A stretch of 64,000 nucleotides of DNA from Chloroflexota bacterium. Lineage in GTDB: Bacteria > Chloroflexota > UBA11872 > VXOZ01. Within the stretch, counting starts at the first letter, position 1, and every line of letters starts with the position of its first letter. This document shows positions 1 through 9,506 of this stretch, one piece after another. The notes beneath the pieces are model-generated. The model did no database searches. It was not told the DNA's origin and worked only from the letters and a program-made list of their open reading frames with translations. Both the position numbers and the translations under genes were made by a program. The stretch is from contig OY760183.1 of the NCBI GenBank assembly GCA_963663275.1, positions 576,001-640,000 of the forward strand, in the 5' to 3' direction.

Positions 1-175
1 CCGCCTTGCTTGTGCTCACCTTTATGACGGACAGTGTGGCCGGGAATGACGCAGGTAGTCGTTCTCCCTCCATGGTGAAAACAGCGGCCGGCGCTCTACC
101 TTTATGTTAGTGGTCGATTTGTTCGATTGCGGTCAATGTGGAGACGGCGCGTAGTCTTTGAAGAAAGGAATTGCC

Positions 176-1027
176 ATGGCAGACATCAAAGTAGGCGTGC
201 GGCTCATTTGCTTACACACGCCGGGGCCGGCGGGCCTGGAAACGGCGGCGGAGATTGGGTCCGACAGCGTGCAGTTGACGGTTGGACACGGCGAGTACAG
301 TCCCGAGGAGCTCGATGCGGCGGGAATCAAGGAAGTGCAGCAGCGCGTGTCAGACTTGGGCATGGTGATTTCGGCAACCGACGGCGGCCTGGACGACTTT
401 GGAGATGCCGACACGATGGCTGAGCGGTTGGACCAAACCAGGCGCCTGCTCGACCACACCCGCGCTCTCGGCGCCCCGGCGCTCACCAGCCACATCGGCA
501 TCGTACCCAAAGACGCCAATGCGCCCCGGTGGCAGGTCTTCCGTGAAGCCATGGAAGCCGTTGGCACGCATGCGGAGCAAACGGGCATGTACTTCGGTAT
601 CGAAACCGGCCCTGAGCCCGCGTCCGTGCTGCTGGATCTCATTAACTCAATCGACACCAATGGCATCAAGATAAACCTCGACCCGGCCAACTTCATCACG
701 TGGGCGGCGCGCATTGCCAAACAGGAGGGCCGCCCCTACGACCGCGCGGAAGCGTTTGCCGAGTCCGATCCCCATGAAGCGGTCTACATCCTGCGGGACC
801 ACATCATCCATACCCACATCAAGGATTCCGCCGTGAAGGACGACTCCGGCCGCCATGAAACACCCGTAGGCCAGGGCTGGATCGACTGGCCGCGCTACCT
901 GAAGTCGTACCGGGACATCGGCTTCACGGGCTACCACTGCATCGAGCGCGAGGCCGGCGAGAACCGCGTGGAGGAAACCCGCGAGGCCATCGCCTTCGTG
1001 CGCCGGATCTGGCAGCAATTGGACTAG
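176..1027 (+). CDS. Sugar phosphate isomerase/epimerase (xylose isomerase-like TIM barrel)
   Basis: GIETGPE, NLDPAN, HTHIKD, GQGWIDW and IERE motifs; AAGGA RBS before ATG 176. Confidence 0.85.
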   Translation: MADIKVGVRLICLHTPGPAGLETAAEIGSDSVQLTVGHGEYSPEELDAAGIKEVQQRVSDLGMVISATDGGLDDFGDADTMAERLDQTRRLLDHTRALGAPALTSHIGIVPKDANAPRWQVFREAMEAVGTHAEQTGMYFGIETGPEPASVLLDLINSIDTNGIKINLDPANFITWAARIAKQEGRPYDRAEAFAESDPHEAVYILRDHIIHTHIKDSAVKDDSGRHETPVGQGWIDWPRYLKSYRDIGFTGYHCIEREAGENRVEETREAIAFVRRIWQQLD

Positions 1028-1039
1028 CAGTCGCGTTGC

Positions 1040-2533
1040 ATGAACGTACTCACGGCGATACTGGCGCTGGGCGGCGCCGCCGGGCTGACGCTGCTGCTGA
1101 GCGCGGCCTTGCGCCGCCTCTTTCCCGGCTTCACCTCCCGCCACGTCAAGCCGGTGGTGCAGAGCAAAGACCACGAAGACCTGCCCAGCCTGCGCCTGCC
1201 CAACGTCGGCGGCATCGCGCTGGTCGTGGCGCTCTGGTGCGTCGGCGGCGTCTGGTGGCTCGCGCGGGGCGAGGTGAGCGTACCCATGCTGCCGCTCATC
1301 GCGCTGACCACGCTCTTCTTCGGGCTGGGCTTCATCGACGACTGGCTCAAGTGGCGGCGGGGCAGCGGCATCGGCGAGCGCGCCTACCTGCTCGGCCACG
1401 CCGGCGCCGCCTTGGCGACCGTGGCGGCGCTCTACTGGTGGCCGGGCGGCTTCGGGCAGGCCGCCGCCCAGGGCGGCAGAGTGCTGCTAGCCCTCAACCT
1501 GGCCGGCGGCCTGGGTCTTGGCTTGACCCTCTGCTGGCTCTTCGCGCTCACCTTCGGCACGGCCTTCTCGGTGGCCGTGAGCGACGGCATCGACGGCCTG
1601 ACCGCGGGCATGGCGACAATCGCCGGCGGCGGCATGGTGGTCGCGCTCTTCATTCGCGCGGCCGACGGCGCGTTGCTTGCCTTCGGCGCGGCCCTCCTGG
1701 GCGGCAGCATCGGACTGCTGCTCCTCAACCAACCCTCCGGCTGGTCATCCACCGGCAGCGTGCGGCGGCGGGCGCGCATCTACCTGGGCGATAGCGGCGC
1801 GGTGGCGTTGGGCGGCGCGTTCGCCGCCCTGGCGCTCTTCAGCGGCTCGGACGCGGTCTGGCTCTTCATCGGCGGCGTCTTTCTGCTGGACGGCGGTTCC
1901 GGCTTCGTGCAGGCCAAAGTGGTCACGCCCTTCTGCCGCCGCTTCCTGCGCCTGCGGCGCTACGCCGGCACAAGCCACTTCGTGCCCCATACCGAGTTTC
2001 CCCTGCCGTTCACGGCCACGCCGCTGCACCACCACTTCGAGATGCTGGGCATCGGCCGGCTGCGCGTGGTGTGGCTCTTCTGGGCGGCCGGCGTCCTGGC
2101 GGCGGTCAGCGGCGTCGCGGTGGCCTCGTTCCCATCGTTCCACCTGGCGCCGGTGGGCGGCGCGCTGCTGCTCTACGCCGTCCTGATCGGCAGCGCGACC
2201 TGGACGGCGGGGCGCTTTCTCGGCGTGGTGAAAGCGGCGGACGGCTCAGAGGCGCTGGCCGTCTGCGGCGGCCGGCCCTACACGCTCTTTGGCAAGCCGC
2301 TCTACCGGGTGGTGGAAATGACCGCCACGCCGCCGCCGTCTCCACGGGAGCGTCACGCGCTCGCCCTCTGGCAGCCCCGCAACCGCTGGGACGCGCTGGC
2401 AAACCTGGCCTACGCCCAAATCCTGGCGGGCGAACGGGAATCAGCGCAAGAGACGTGGCAGCGCATCCCGGATGCCAGCCGCGCGTTGCGCGCCGGGCAT
2501 CCGGCCGCGGCGGCGCTGGACGGACGCGCGTAA
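1040..2533 (+). CDS. MraY-like polyprenyl-phosphate sugar-1-phosphate transferase with C-terminal extension
   Basis: GFIDD, DGIDGL, YLGDSGA and PLHHHFE motifs; about 10 TM segments. Confidence 0.8.
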   Translation: MNVLTAILALGGAAGLTLLLSAALRRLFPGFTSRHVKPVVQSKDHEDLPSLRLPNVGGIALVVALWCVGGVWWLARGEVSVPMLPLIALTTLFFGLGFIDDWLKWRRGSGIGERAYLLGHAGAALATVAALYWWPGGFGQAAAQGGRVLLALNLAGGLGLGLTLCWLFALTFGTAFSVAVSDGIDGLTAGMATIAGGGMVVALFIRAADGALLAFGAALLGGSIGLLLLNQPSGWSSTGSVRRRARIYLGDSGAVALGGAFAALALFSGSDAVWLFIGGVFLLDGGSGFVQAKVVTPFCRRFLRLRRYAGTSHFVPHTEFPLPFTATPLHHHFEMLGIGRLRVVWLFWAAGVLAAVSGVAVASFPSFHLAPVGGALLLYAVLIGSATWTAGRFLGVVKAADGSEALAVCGGRPYTLFGKPLYRVVEMTATPPPSPRERHALALWQPRNRWDALANLAYAQILAGERESAQETWQRIPDASRALRAGHPAAAALDGRA

Positions 2534-2699
2534 CGGTTTGTCGCGCCGCAGCGCGCTGCGGCTCGTCCGCCGCGTTGCGCGCAAGAGGCTGCGGACCGTA
2601 GACGATCTGGGATAGTTGTCTAGCTGCCTAATATCGCGGATGGTGGTATCATACCCACGAGGTCGCGAACATGGGGCTACTGCTGCAAGGAGGTTAGCC

Positions 2700-3380
2700 A
2701 TGAGAATACGGAGCATAAACGGGCTTGCGGGTTTTGCGCTGATTGTCGGGCCGGTGGTGACCGTGGTCGCCTTTCTCTTCCAGCCGGGCGGCATGCTCAT
2801 CGCCAGCGCCGAGGCCAGCGACGCCGCGGGCTCGATCGCGGCCCTGGTGGAGAACCGCGCGCTCGCCAACTTCACGTCGCTCATCGTGGCCGCGTGCCTG
2901 ACCTTGACGCTCTTCGGCTATCACATTCTGCTGGGAGGCGTCAGAGGCGGCGGCATCGGCAGAGTGTCGGCGCACTTCGGCTATCTGATGCTCACGGTCG
3001 GCGTCTTTGGCTGGATTCTGATGCAGGGCCTGGAACTCGGCATGACGCACGAGACCGCCCAGCCCGCCACCGCGATCTTCGCCGTGCAGTTCAGCATGGG
3101 CCTGATTGCGGGCCTAGCGGTTGCCCTGGGCTTCCTGCTGCTGAGCCTCGGCCTGCCCACCCGCGAAGGCTACGGCAGACCGGTGGCGCTGGCAATCACG
3201 GTCGTTTCCGTAATCGCTATCGCGAGCCAGGTCGTGGGCATCAGCGATCCCGGCCTGTACGACTCCATGGTGACGGTCACGCGCGCGTGCTACTTCCTCT
3301 GGGTAGCCTGGAGCGCATACCTCGGCGTGCAACTCTTCAAGCAGAGCGAGTTCAGCGCCGACACCGGCGAGAATGACTGA
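2700..3380 (+). CDS. Integral membrane protein (DUF4386-like)
   Basis: AAGGAGG RBS before ATG 2700; about 6 hydrophobic segments. Confidence 0.65.
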   Translation: MRIRSINGLAGFALIVGPVVTVVAFLFQPGGMLIASAEASDAAGSIAALVENRALANFTSLIVAACLTLTLFGYHILLGGVRGGGIGRVSAHFGYLMLTVGVFGWILMQGLELGMTHETAQPATAIFAVQFSMGLIAGLAVALGFLLLSLGLPTREGYGRPVALAITVVSVIAIASQVVGISDPGLYDSMVTVTRACYFLWVAWSAYLGVQLFKQSEFSADTGEND

Positions 3381-3424
3381 GCGCGCCTCTTATCCCCTCT
3401 CCCCGGGGAGACCTTTTTCCTTGG

Positions 3425-3567
3425 GGAGACCTTTGCATAACCCCTTCCCCATTGAGGGGGAAGGCCGGGATGGGGGTGAAAAGGCTTGACGGCAAGCAAT
3501 TCAAAAGGGTAAAGGCGCCTCTGGATTCCGGTTTTCACCGGAATGACAGAGTTATGCAAAGGTCTCC
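3425..3567. mobile_element. MITE family A (GGAGACCT ends, 3-bp TSD)
   Basis: 17-bp TIR GGAGACCTTTGCATAAC / GTTATGCAAAGGTCTCC flanked by TGG on both sides. Confidence 0.75.
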
Positions 3568-3695
3568 TGGGGGAGAGGGTGAGGGGAGATTTCCCGGCAA
3601 CCCATACCCACGTCTTGCCAAACGGGGCGGAACCGGCGAAGATCCCCCTCACCCCGGCCCTCTCCCCCAGGGAGAGGGAGACTTCCCGGGTGAGA

Positions 3696-3843
3696 GCTGA
3701 CAGGGGTAGGCATTCTACATCCGACTTCACGTGTCATTCCGAGCGGAGCGCAGCGGAGAGAGGAATCTAAGGCTTTCGCTGCAAGAATGTCTATTCTAGA
3801 TTCCTCGCTCCGCTCGGAATGACACTTACCTACCCCTGTCAGC
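3696..3843. mobile_element. MITE family B (GCTGACAGGGGTAGG ends, about 9-bp TSD)
   Basis: TIR GCTGACAGGGGTAGG / CCTACCCCTGTCAGC flanked by direct repeat CGGGTGAGA; internal GTCATTCCGAGCGGAGCG...CGCTCCGCTCGGAATGAC palindrome. Confidence 0.75.
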
Positions 3844-3979
3844 CGGGTGAGAGGGAGGCTTTCCCAAGAGAGGGAGACTCTCCCAAGTGAGAGGAAGACT
3901 TTTCGAGGGAAAGGGAGGCTTCCCGCCTGCCGGGCCCGGTTACGCATAAGGTTTCCACCAGGAAGAGGGGCCGAGGCGA

Positions 3980-5428
3980 ATGCGAAGCGCGGTGACCGGC
4001 GGGACACGGGCGGCGCGGGTGCGGCGGTTGCCCGAAGCCATAACGCCCCATGACGCGGCGCCGGCGTTCGGCCACCTGCCGGGTCTCGCCCTGCTGGAGA
4101 GCAGCCAAACGGGCGCGCAGGGGCGCTACTCGTATCTCACGGCGGATCCTTTTCTGCGGGTCGAGAGCACGGGCGACCGCGTCACCCTGCGCTGGCGCGA
4201 CCGGAATCCGCCAAGCGAAACGCGGTACGGCCAGCCTTTCGCGGCGCTGCGCGGCCTGCTAGCGGAGTACGCGCAGCCGTCCGCGCCGGAAGGCCCGCCT
4301 TTTCAAGGTGGCGCGCTTGGCGTCTTTGGCTACGACCTGGGGCGCCAGCTTGAAGTCCTGCCGTCGTACGCGCCCCGGGACGTGCCTACCCCCGAAATGA
4401 GCCTGGGATTCTACGACTGGGCGCTGGCGCACGACCACCACACGCATACCTCCTGGCTGGTGACCACCGGCCTGCCGGAGCGCGCGGACGCAGCAGCAGC
4501 CGCGCGGCAGGCGCAAATCACCGACATCCTGACCGCCTGGCAGGCGCGCAACGGCGAGCGCGAGGACGCGCTTGCGGACTTCCGCCTTACGAGCCCGCTG
4601 GATGCCAACGTGACGCGCGCCCGGTACCTGGACATGGTGCGGCGCGCACAGGCCTACATCGCGGCCGGCGACGTCTATCAGGTGAACCTCTCGCAGCGCT
4701 TCAGCGCCAGCTGGGAAGGCTCGCCCTGGACGCTCTACCGGCGTCTGCGGCAGGAAAGTCCGGTGCCGTTTGGGGCGTATCTCGACCTGGGCGGCGCGTG
4801 GGTCGTGTCCGCCTCGCCGGAGCGGTTTCTCCGGGTGCGCCATGGCGCGGTGGAGACGCGCCCCATCAAGGGCACCCGCCCGCGCGGACACACTGCCGCT
4901 CAGGACACCGCGCTGGCGCGGGAGTTGCAAGCCAGCGAAAAAGACCGCGCCGAAAACCTGATGATCGTAGACCTGCTGCGCAATGACCTGGGGAAAGTCT
5001 GCCGGCTTGGCTCCATCCGCGTACCCGCGCTCTGGCAGATCGAGGGCTACAGCAACGTTTGGCAACTGGTCAGCGCGGTTACGGGCGAACTGCGCCCGGA
5101 TGCCGACGCCGTGTCCGCCCTGGAAGCCGCGTTTCCCGGCGGCTCGGTGACCGGCTGCCCCAAGATCCGGGCGATGGAGATCATCGAGGAACTGGAACCG
5201 GCGCGGCGCGGCTTCTACTGCGGCGCGCTCGGCTACATTGGGTTCGACGGCGCGATGGATACCAGCATCGTGATCCGCACGGTCGTGCTCACCCGCGACC
5301 GCCTCTACGCCCAAGTTGGCGGCGCGGTGGTGGCCGATTCCGAGCCGGCAGCCGAGTATGAGGAAACCCTGGTGAAAGCCCAGGCCGCGCAACAGGCGCT
5401 GGAAAGCGCCGCCTCCACACACCCGTAG
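3980..5428 (+). CDS. pabB: Aminodeoxychorismate synthase component I
   Basis: LLES, GDVYQVNLSQR, SPERF, TRPIKGTRPR, ENLMIVDLLRNDL and PGGSVTGCPK motifs. Confidence 0.88.
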   Translation: MRSAVTGGTRAARVRRLPEAITPHDAAPAFGHLPGLALLESSQTGAQGRYSYLTADPFLRVESTGDRVTLRWRDRNPPSETRYGQPFAALRGLLAEYAQPSAPEGPPFQGGALGVFGYDLGRQLEVLPSYAPRDVPTPEMSLGFYDWALAHDHHTHTSWLVTTGLPERADAAAAARQAQITDILTAWQARNGEREDALADFRLTSPLDANVTRARYLDMVRRAQAYIAAGDVYQVNLSQRFSASWEGSPWTLYRRLRQESPVPFGAYLDLGGAWVVSASPERFLRVRHGAVETRPIKGTRPRGHTAAQDTALARELQASEKDRAENLMIVDLLRNDLGKVCRLGSIRVPALWQIEGYSNVWQLVSAVTGELRPDADAVSALEAAFPGGSVTGCPKIRAMEIIEELEPARRGFYCGALGYIGFDGAMDTSIVIRTVVLTRDRLYAQVGGAVVADSEPAAEYEETLVKAQAAQQALESAASTHP

Positions 5429-5573
5429 CGCGGGGGCTTGTCCCCCGCCTCCGAATTTCCGCTTGTGCCATCATGTTTGCAACGATTGGGGCGGTTCGCG
5501 AACCGCCCCTACGGGGATGGTTTGACGTTTTCCCGGGAATGGCGGCACGACCTGAAACTGGTTGACCATTACG

Positions 5574-6467
5574 ATGGCGAATACATCTACCGGCGGCGAA
5601 CCGGTCTGCTACGTAAACGGACGCCTCGCGCCGGAGCGCTCCGGCGCGGTCTCGGCGCTCGACCGCGGCCTGCTGCTCGGCGACGGCATCTTCGAGACCA
5701 TGCGCGTCACGGGCGGCCGCATCCTGCAATGGCGGCGGCACTGGGAGCGCCTGCAACACGGCGCGGGCGCCATCGGCCTCGCCCTGCCCTGGACGGCAGA
5801 CGACTTACACGCGGCGGTGGAACAGACCCTGCGCGCCAATAATCTGCGCGAGGCGACCGTGCGCCTCACCGTCACCCGGGGTTTCGCGCCCGCCGCGCGC
5901 GGCCTGCCGCCCCCCGCCGATGCCGTGCCTACGCTCCTGATTCGCGCCACGCCGTTCATGCCCTACCCGGAACACCTCTACCGCGACGGGATGTGGGTGA
6001 TCGTCAGCCGCCGGGTGCGCCGCAACGAGCGCTCGCCCCTCGCCCGCGTCAAGTCGCTGTGCTACCTGGATAACGTCATCGCGCGCCAGGAAGCGGCGGA
6101 ACGCGGCGCGGACGAGGCGCTGCTGCTGAACACGCGGGACGGCGCGGCGTGCGCGACCACCGCCAATGTCTTCAGCGTGCGGGCCGGCCGCTTGCGCACG
6201 CCGCCAGTGGCGGCCGGCGCGCTGCCGGGCACGGTGCGCGCCCTGGTGCGCGCGGAACTGGCGCCGCAACTTCACCGTCCGGTCGCCGCCGCGCCGCTAA
6301 GCGAGACGGACCTGCATGAATCCGACGAACTCTTCCTCACCAACGCCCTGATGGGCATCATGCCGGTCTGCGCGATAGACGGCCGGCCAATCGGCGGCGG
6401 CCAACCCGGGCCGCTGACGCAGGCTCTCCGCGATGCGTACCAAGCATGGCTGTCGTCGTGCCGTTGA
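5574..6467 (+). CDS. Class IV PLP enzyme (ADC lyase / D-amino acid or BCAA aminotransferase-like)
   Basis: DRGLLLGDGIFETMR, VKSLCYLDN and LPGTVR motifs; adjacent to pabB, so probably PabC function. Confidence 0.85.
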   Translation: MANTSTGGEPVCYVNGRLAPERSGAVSALDRGLLLGDGIFETMRVTGGRILQWRRHWERLQHGAGAIGLALPWTADDLHAAVEQTLRANNLREATVRLTVTRGFAPAARGLPPPADAVPTLLIRATPFMPYPEHLYRDGMWVIVSRRVRRNERSPLARVKSLCYLDNVIARQEAAERGADEALLLNTRDGAACATTANVFSVRAGRLRTPPVAAGALPGTVRALVRAELAPQLHRPVAAAPLSETDLHESDELFLTNALMGIMPVCAIDGRPIGGGQPGPLTQALRDAYQAWLSSCR

Positions 6468-6641
6468 AAGACGCCATCCCCATCCCACCCGTAGGGGCAA
6501 CCCTTGTGGTTGCCCAACGTGGTTGCCGAACCGGGGTGCATTCTGGTTGCCGAACCCGGCGCGAAAGGGGGTGACAACGGGGGGTATTGGCTGCTATACT
6601 GGGATTAAGGGAAGCGCATACCTGCTTGCTGCCTGATTTAT

Positions 6642-6725
6642 GGGTCGGTGGGCGAGCGGTCAAAACCACCAGACTGTAAATCTGGCGCCGTAATGGCTAC
6701 GGAGGTTCGAATCCTCCCCGGCCCA
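6642..6725 (+). tRNA. tRNA-Tyr (GTA); CCA not encoded
   Basis: GGGTCGG/CCGGCCC acceptor stem, CCAGA-CTGTAAA-TCTGG anticodon arm, long variable arm, GGTTCGAATCC. Confidence 0.95.
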
Positions 6726-6759
6726 CCGCGATTGTTCTCCGCGTTATAGAGAACGCATT

Positions 6760-6837
6760 GGTCCCGTGGTGTAGTTGGCCTAACACACGGCCCTGTCAAG
6801 GCTGAGATCGCCGGTTCGAATCCGGTCGGGACCGCCA
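6760..6837 (+). tRNA. tRNA-Asp (GTC)
   Basis: GGTCCCG/CGGGACC acceptor stem, CTGTCAA anticodon loop, GGTTCGAATCC, encoded CCA. Confidence 0.95.
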
Positions 6838-6945
6838 CCTAACCACCAAAGCCCGGGGCGGCGGCAATCGCCGCGCGGCAACACACCAGAGGATCGTGCA
6901 TGGCACTATCCTCCGATTTGCTTAAAGAACCGGTAAGGACATAGA

Positions 6946-6977
6946 AGAAGCCGCGGGCGGAAACGCCCGCGGCTTCT
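6946..6977. terminator. Probable bidirectional terminator hairpin
   Basis: AGAAGCCGCGGGCG-GAAA-CGCCCGCGGCTTCT perfect 14-bp stem between the convergent tRNAs and ORF. Confidence 0.7.
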
Positions 6978-7034
6978 CAGCATTTTCGTATCCGCGCCCA
7001 ACGGCGCTGGCAGTCAGGCGGCAGCGCTGCTTGG

Positions 7035-7505
7035 CTAGCGCCCCACCGGCTGCGCCGCGGTCTCGGCGGACTCGACCGTCCTGCTCAGGCGCGCTTCCTC
7101 CCGCTTCTTCTGCGCCCAGCGCTTGGTGGTGATCAGGCGCTTGCGGCGGTACTCCACGTCGGTGTGGTACTTATTGCGCACGTAGCACTTGCGGCAGCGC
7201 AGCGCCCGCTGCACCACCGCGCCGCAATCGATGCAGAACTTCGGTTCCTTGGGCTTCTTCGGCTGCTTGCTCAAGCGGATGCGGCGCAGTTCCGCCACGC
7301 GCTCCTTGTTCTCACGCGCCCAGCGCCGGTTCTTCTCCAGAATCTTGTCCTTGTTGCGCTGGTAGTAGCGTTTGAAATACGTAGAGAGGCGCTCGGCTCG
7401 GCCGCAGCGGGCGCACAGGCCGGCGCGCTTGGATTTACCGTCACGCTGACCGGTTATGTCGGTCTCACAGCGTGCACAGTTAAGGACTTGAACTGTTGCC
7501 TCCAT
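7035..7505 (-). CDS. Basic protein with two putative C4 zinc fingers
   Basis: GGAGG RBS; CARC..CARC and CIDC..CRKC pairs, each followed by a K/R-rich helix; native codon bias. Confidence 0.7.
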   Translation of the reverse strand: MEATVQVLNCARCETDITGQRDGKSKRAGLCARCGRAERLSTYFKRYYQRNKDKILEKNRRWARENKERVAELRRIRLSKQPKKPKEPKFCIDCGAVVQRALRCRKCYVRNKYHTDVEYRRKRLITTKRWAQKKREEARLSRTVESAETAAQPVGR

Positions 7506-8048
7506 CGGAACCTCCGCGAAAACTAAACGATAGTACCCGAAAATCGAACACGTGCCGCACACACGCCCGGCGCGCGTCCGCGCCGCCCGGCAATCCGGTT
7601 ACCGCCCAAAACCCCTCATCGCCTACTTTGTGTGCATTTTCACATGCATCTCCATAATATCTAAGAATAGCGGCTGCTGTCAAGATTCTGAAAAAACGAT
7701 TGATGCGCGCTATTACGGGGAAAAACGGCTCTCCCGCCAATCACGCTCCAGGAATTTTCCTAAGAGATTGATAAGAAAACGCCGGTGAGCGGCGCCGCCG
7801 AACCCTATCCAGATACGCTATACGGGAACCACGTTCCACCGCATGGCGCCAGCGCGGCATACTACAACATGCAAAAGTTGACAGCGCCGCAACTCTCAAC
7901 CACGCCGGGCGCGGGGCAGCCGAACGGCCTCTTTTACCGTAGCTTTACTTTGCTCTCTTGTCAATTTACCGCCGCGCTCTCCACCGCTTGCCCTGAATGT
8001 TACAATATTCACAAACTAGGCGATGGAAGGCTTGAAAACCCCGTGCCA

Positions 8049-8978
8049 ATGATATCCACAGTCGAGTATCCCGCCTGGCCGGACCTGTCGCCCACGGGCT
8101 GGAGTTGGCCCGCCTTTGCCCTGGGCGCGTTCTGGTATCTGCGGCAGGGCATGGCGTTCAAGGGACGCCTGCTGCTCATACCGCAAGTCCTGGTGCTTGC
8201 GCTGGCGGCCGTGAACGCGCTCTACATTGCCCGCGATTCGTCTTTGGCGGACGCGGCGCTGCCGGCCGGCGTGGCCGCGCTGGCGCTCTGGTCGTTCTTC
8301 GGCTCCTATTGCGCCGCCTCGTTCCGCGCGGACGCCTACCGCCGTTGGTTCACGGCAAACGGCGGGACGCCGCTGGCGCCGACCGGGTGGCAGTGGGGGG
8401 CGTTTCTGCTCACCGGCGGTTGGTACGTGGCCAACGGAATGCGCATCAAGGGCCTGTGGCTCTGGCTGGCGTTCTTCACGGCGGTGGGCAGCGTGATCGG
8501 CATACCGCTGGCCTTCGCCATCATGTGCTACTGCGGCGCGAACTTCCGGGCGGAGCGCTTCTTGGAGAATCCACCGGCGCGCATCGGCCCCACGCCCCAA
8601 GAGCGCTGGATGCACAAGGACCTGCTGAAGGCGCTGACACCGGTGGCGCGCACGTCCCAGCCGCCGCTGCGCGCCTCGCTGCTGGAAAGCGCGGTGCGCG
8701 GACTGCGCCGCCAGGGCTATGCCGCGCGCCTGAGCGACGAGCACGACGAGACCCCCGCTGCCCTCACGCTTGAACGCGGCTCACGCTTCCTGGCCGTGCG
8801 CGTGGCGTCTGAGTCCCCGGCGCCCGCGGCGGAGGTGGAGAAACTGGTTGCGATCCTGGGCGACGACGCGCACAAGGTCGGCGTGCTGGTGACGAACGGC
8901 CCGCTCACCGCGCAGGCCCACGCCGCGGCCGCCCAGGCCCACGTCCGCGTGCTGAACGCGCAGGACGACGAAACCTAG
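8049..8978 (+). CDS. Membrane protein with two DUF2628-like repeats and a degenerate Mrr-like C-terminal domain
   Basis: GWSWPAFALGAFWY and GWQWGAFLLTGGWY repeats; C-terminal RRQGY...GVLVTNGPLT..A...A. Confidence 0.6.
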   Translation: MISTVEYPAWPDLSPTGWSWPAFALGAFWYLRQGMAFKGRLLLIPQVLVLALAAVNALYIARDSSLADAALPAGVAALALWSFFGSYCAASFRADAYRRWFTANGGTPLAPTGWQWGAFLLTGGWYVANGMRIKGLWLWLAFFTAVGSVIGIPLAFAIMCYCGANFRAERFLENPPARIGPTPQERWMHKDLLKALTPVARTSQPPLRASLLESAVRGLRRQGYAARLSDEHDETPAALTLERGSRFLAVRVASESPAPAAEVEKLVAILGDDAHKVGVLVTNGPLTAQAHAAAAQAHVRVLNAQDDET

Positions 8979-9036
8979 CCATGCGCACCGCCCGGCAAGA
9001 GAGGCTTTCGCTAACGCCATCAGACACTAGCTAGTC

Positions 9037-9109
9037 CTATCGGGCTATAGCGCACCCTATCGGGCTATATTGGACTCTATCGGGCTATATGGCACTCTAT
9101 CGGGCTATA
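9037..9109. repeat. 4 x CTATCGGGCTATA at 20-bp period
   Basis: Constant 13-mer with variable 7-bp linkers, read directly. Confidence 0.9.
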
Positions 9110-9139
9110 CTTGACCATAGTGGGAAGCGCGCTCCTCCC

Positions 9140-9470
9140 CGGTAGCACGCTCATTCCGGTAGCAGGCTTGCAACCTGCGTCGGCGCCGGGGCGCGCTCAC
9201 TCCGGTAGCGCAGGTTTGTAACCTGCGTCCGCCCCGGCGTGCGCTCACTCTGGTAGCGCAGGTTTGTAACCTGCGTCGCCGCCGGGGCGCGTTCCCTCCG
9301 GAGGCCTTTGCATTACCCCTTCCCCATTGAGGGGGAAGGTTGGGATAGGGGTGAACAGTATTGACGTTATGCTTTATTTGGTTGTAACAGCGCCCTGGAT
9401 TCCGGCTTCCGCCGGAATGACGGAGGTAAGCAAAGGTCTCCTCCGGTAGCGCAGGTTTGTAACCTGCGTC
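9140..9470. repeat. Cluster of GTAGCGCAGGTTTGTAACCTGCG REP-like hairpins
   Basis: About 4 copies here; same family near 43414, 43681, 47340-47505 and 54139. Confidence 0.85.
9300..9441. mobile_element. MITE family A copy
   Basis: GGAGGCCTTTGCATTAC...GTAAGCAAAGGTCTCC with TCC duplicated; inserted in the REP cluster. Confidence 0.7.
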
Positions 9471-9506
9471 CAACTTGGCGCAGACGGAGCGGAAAGGACG
9501 ATTATC

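Noticed and set aside
7506-8060. oriC or DnaA-box cluster
   Set aside because: Only two mismatched TTATCCACA-like words; better explained as a divergent promoter region
6642-9000. tRNA-anchored integrative element
   Set aside because: No integrase and no duplicated tRNA 3' end noticed in the window
9037-9109. Mini-CRISPR
   Set aside because: Repeat (13 bp) and linkers (7 bp) are far too short, and the linkers resemble each other
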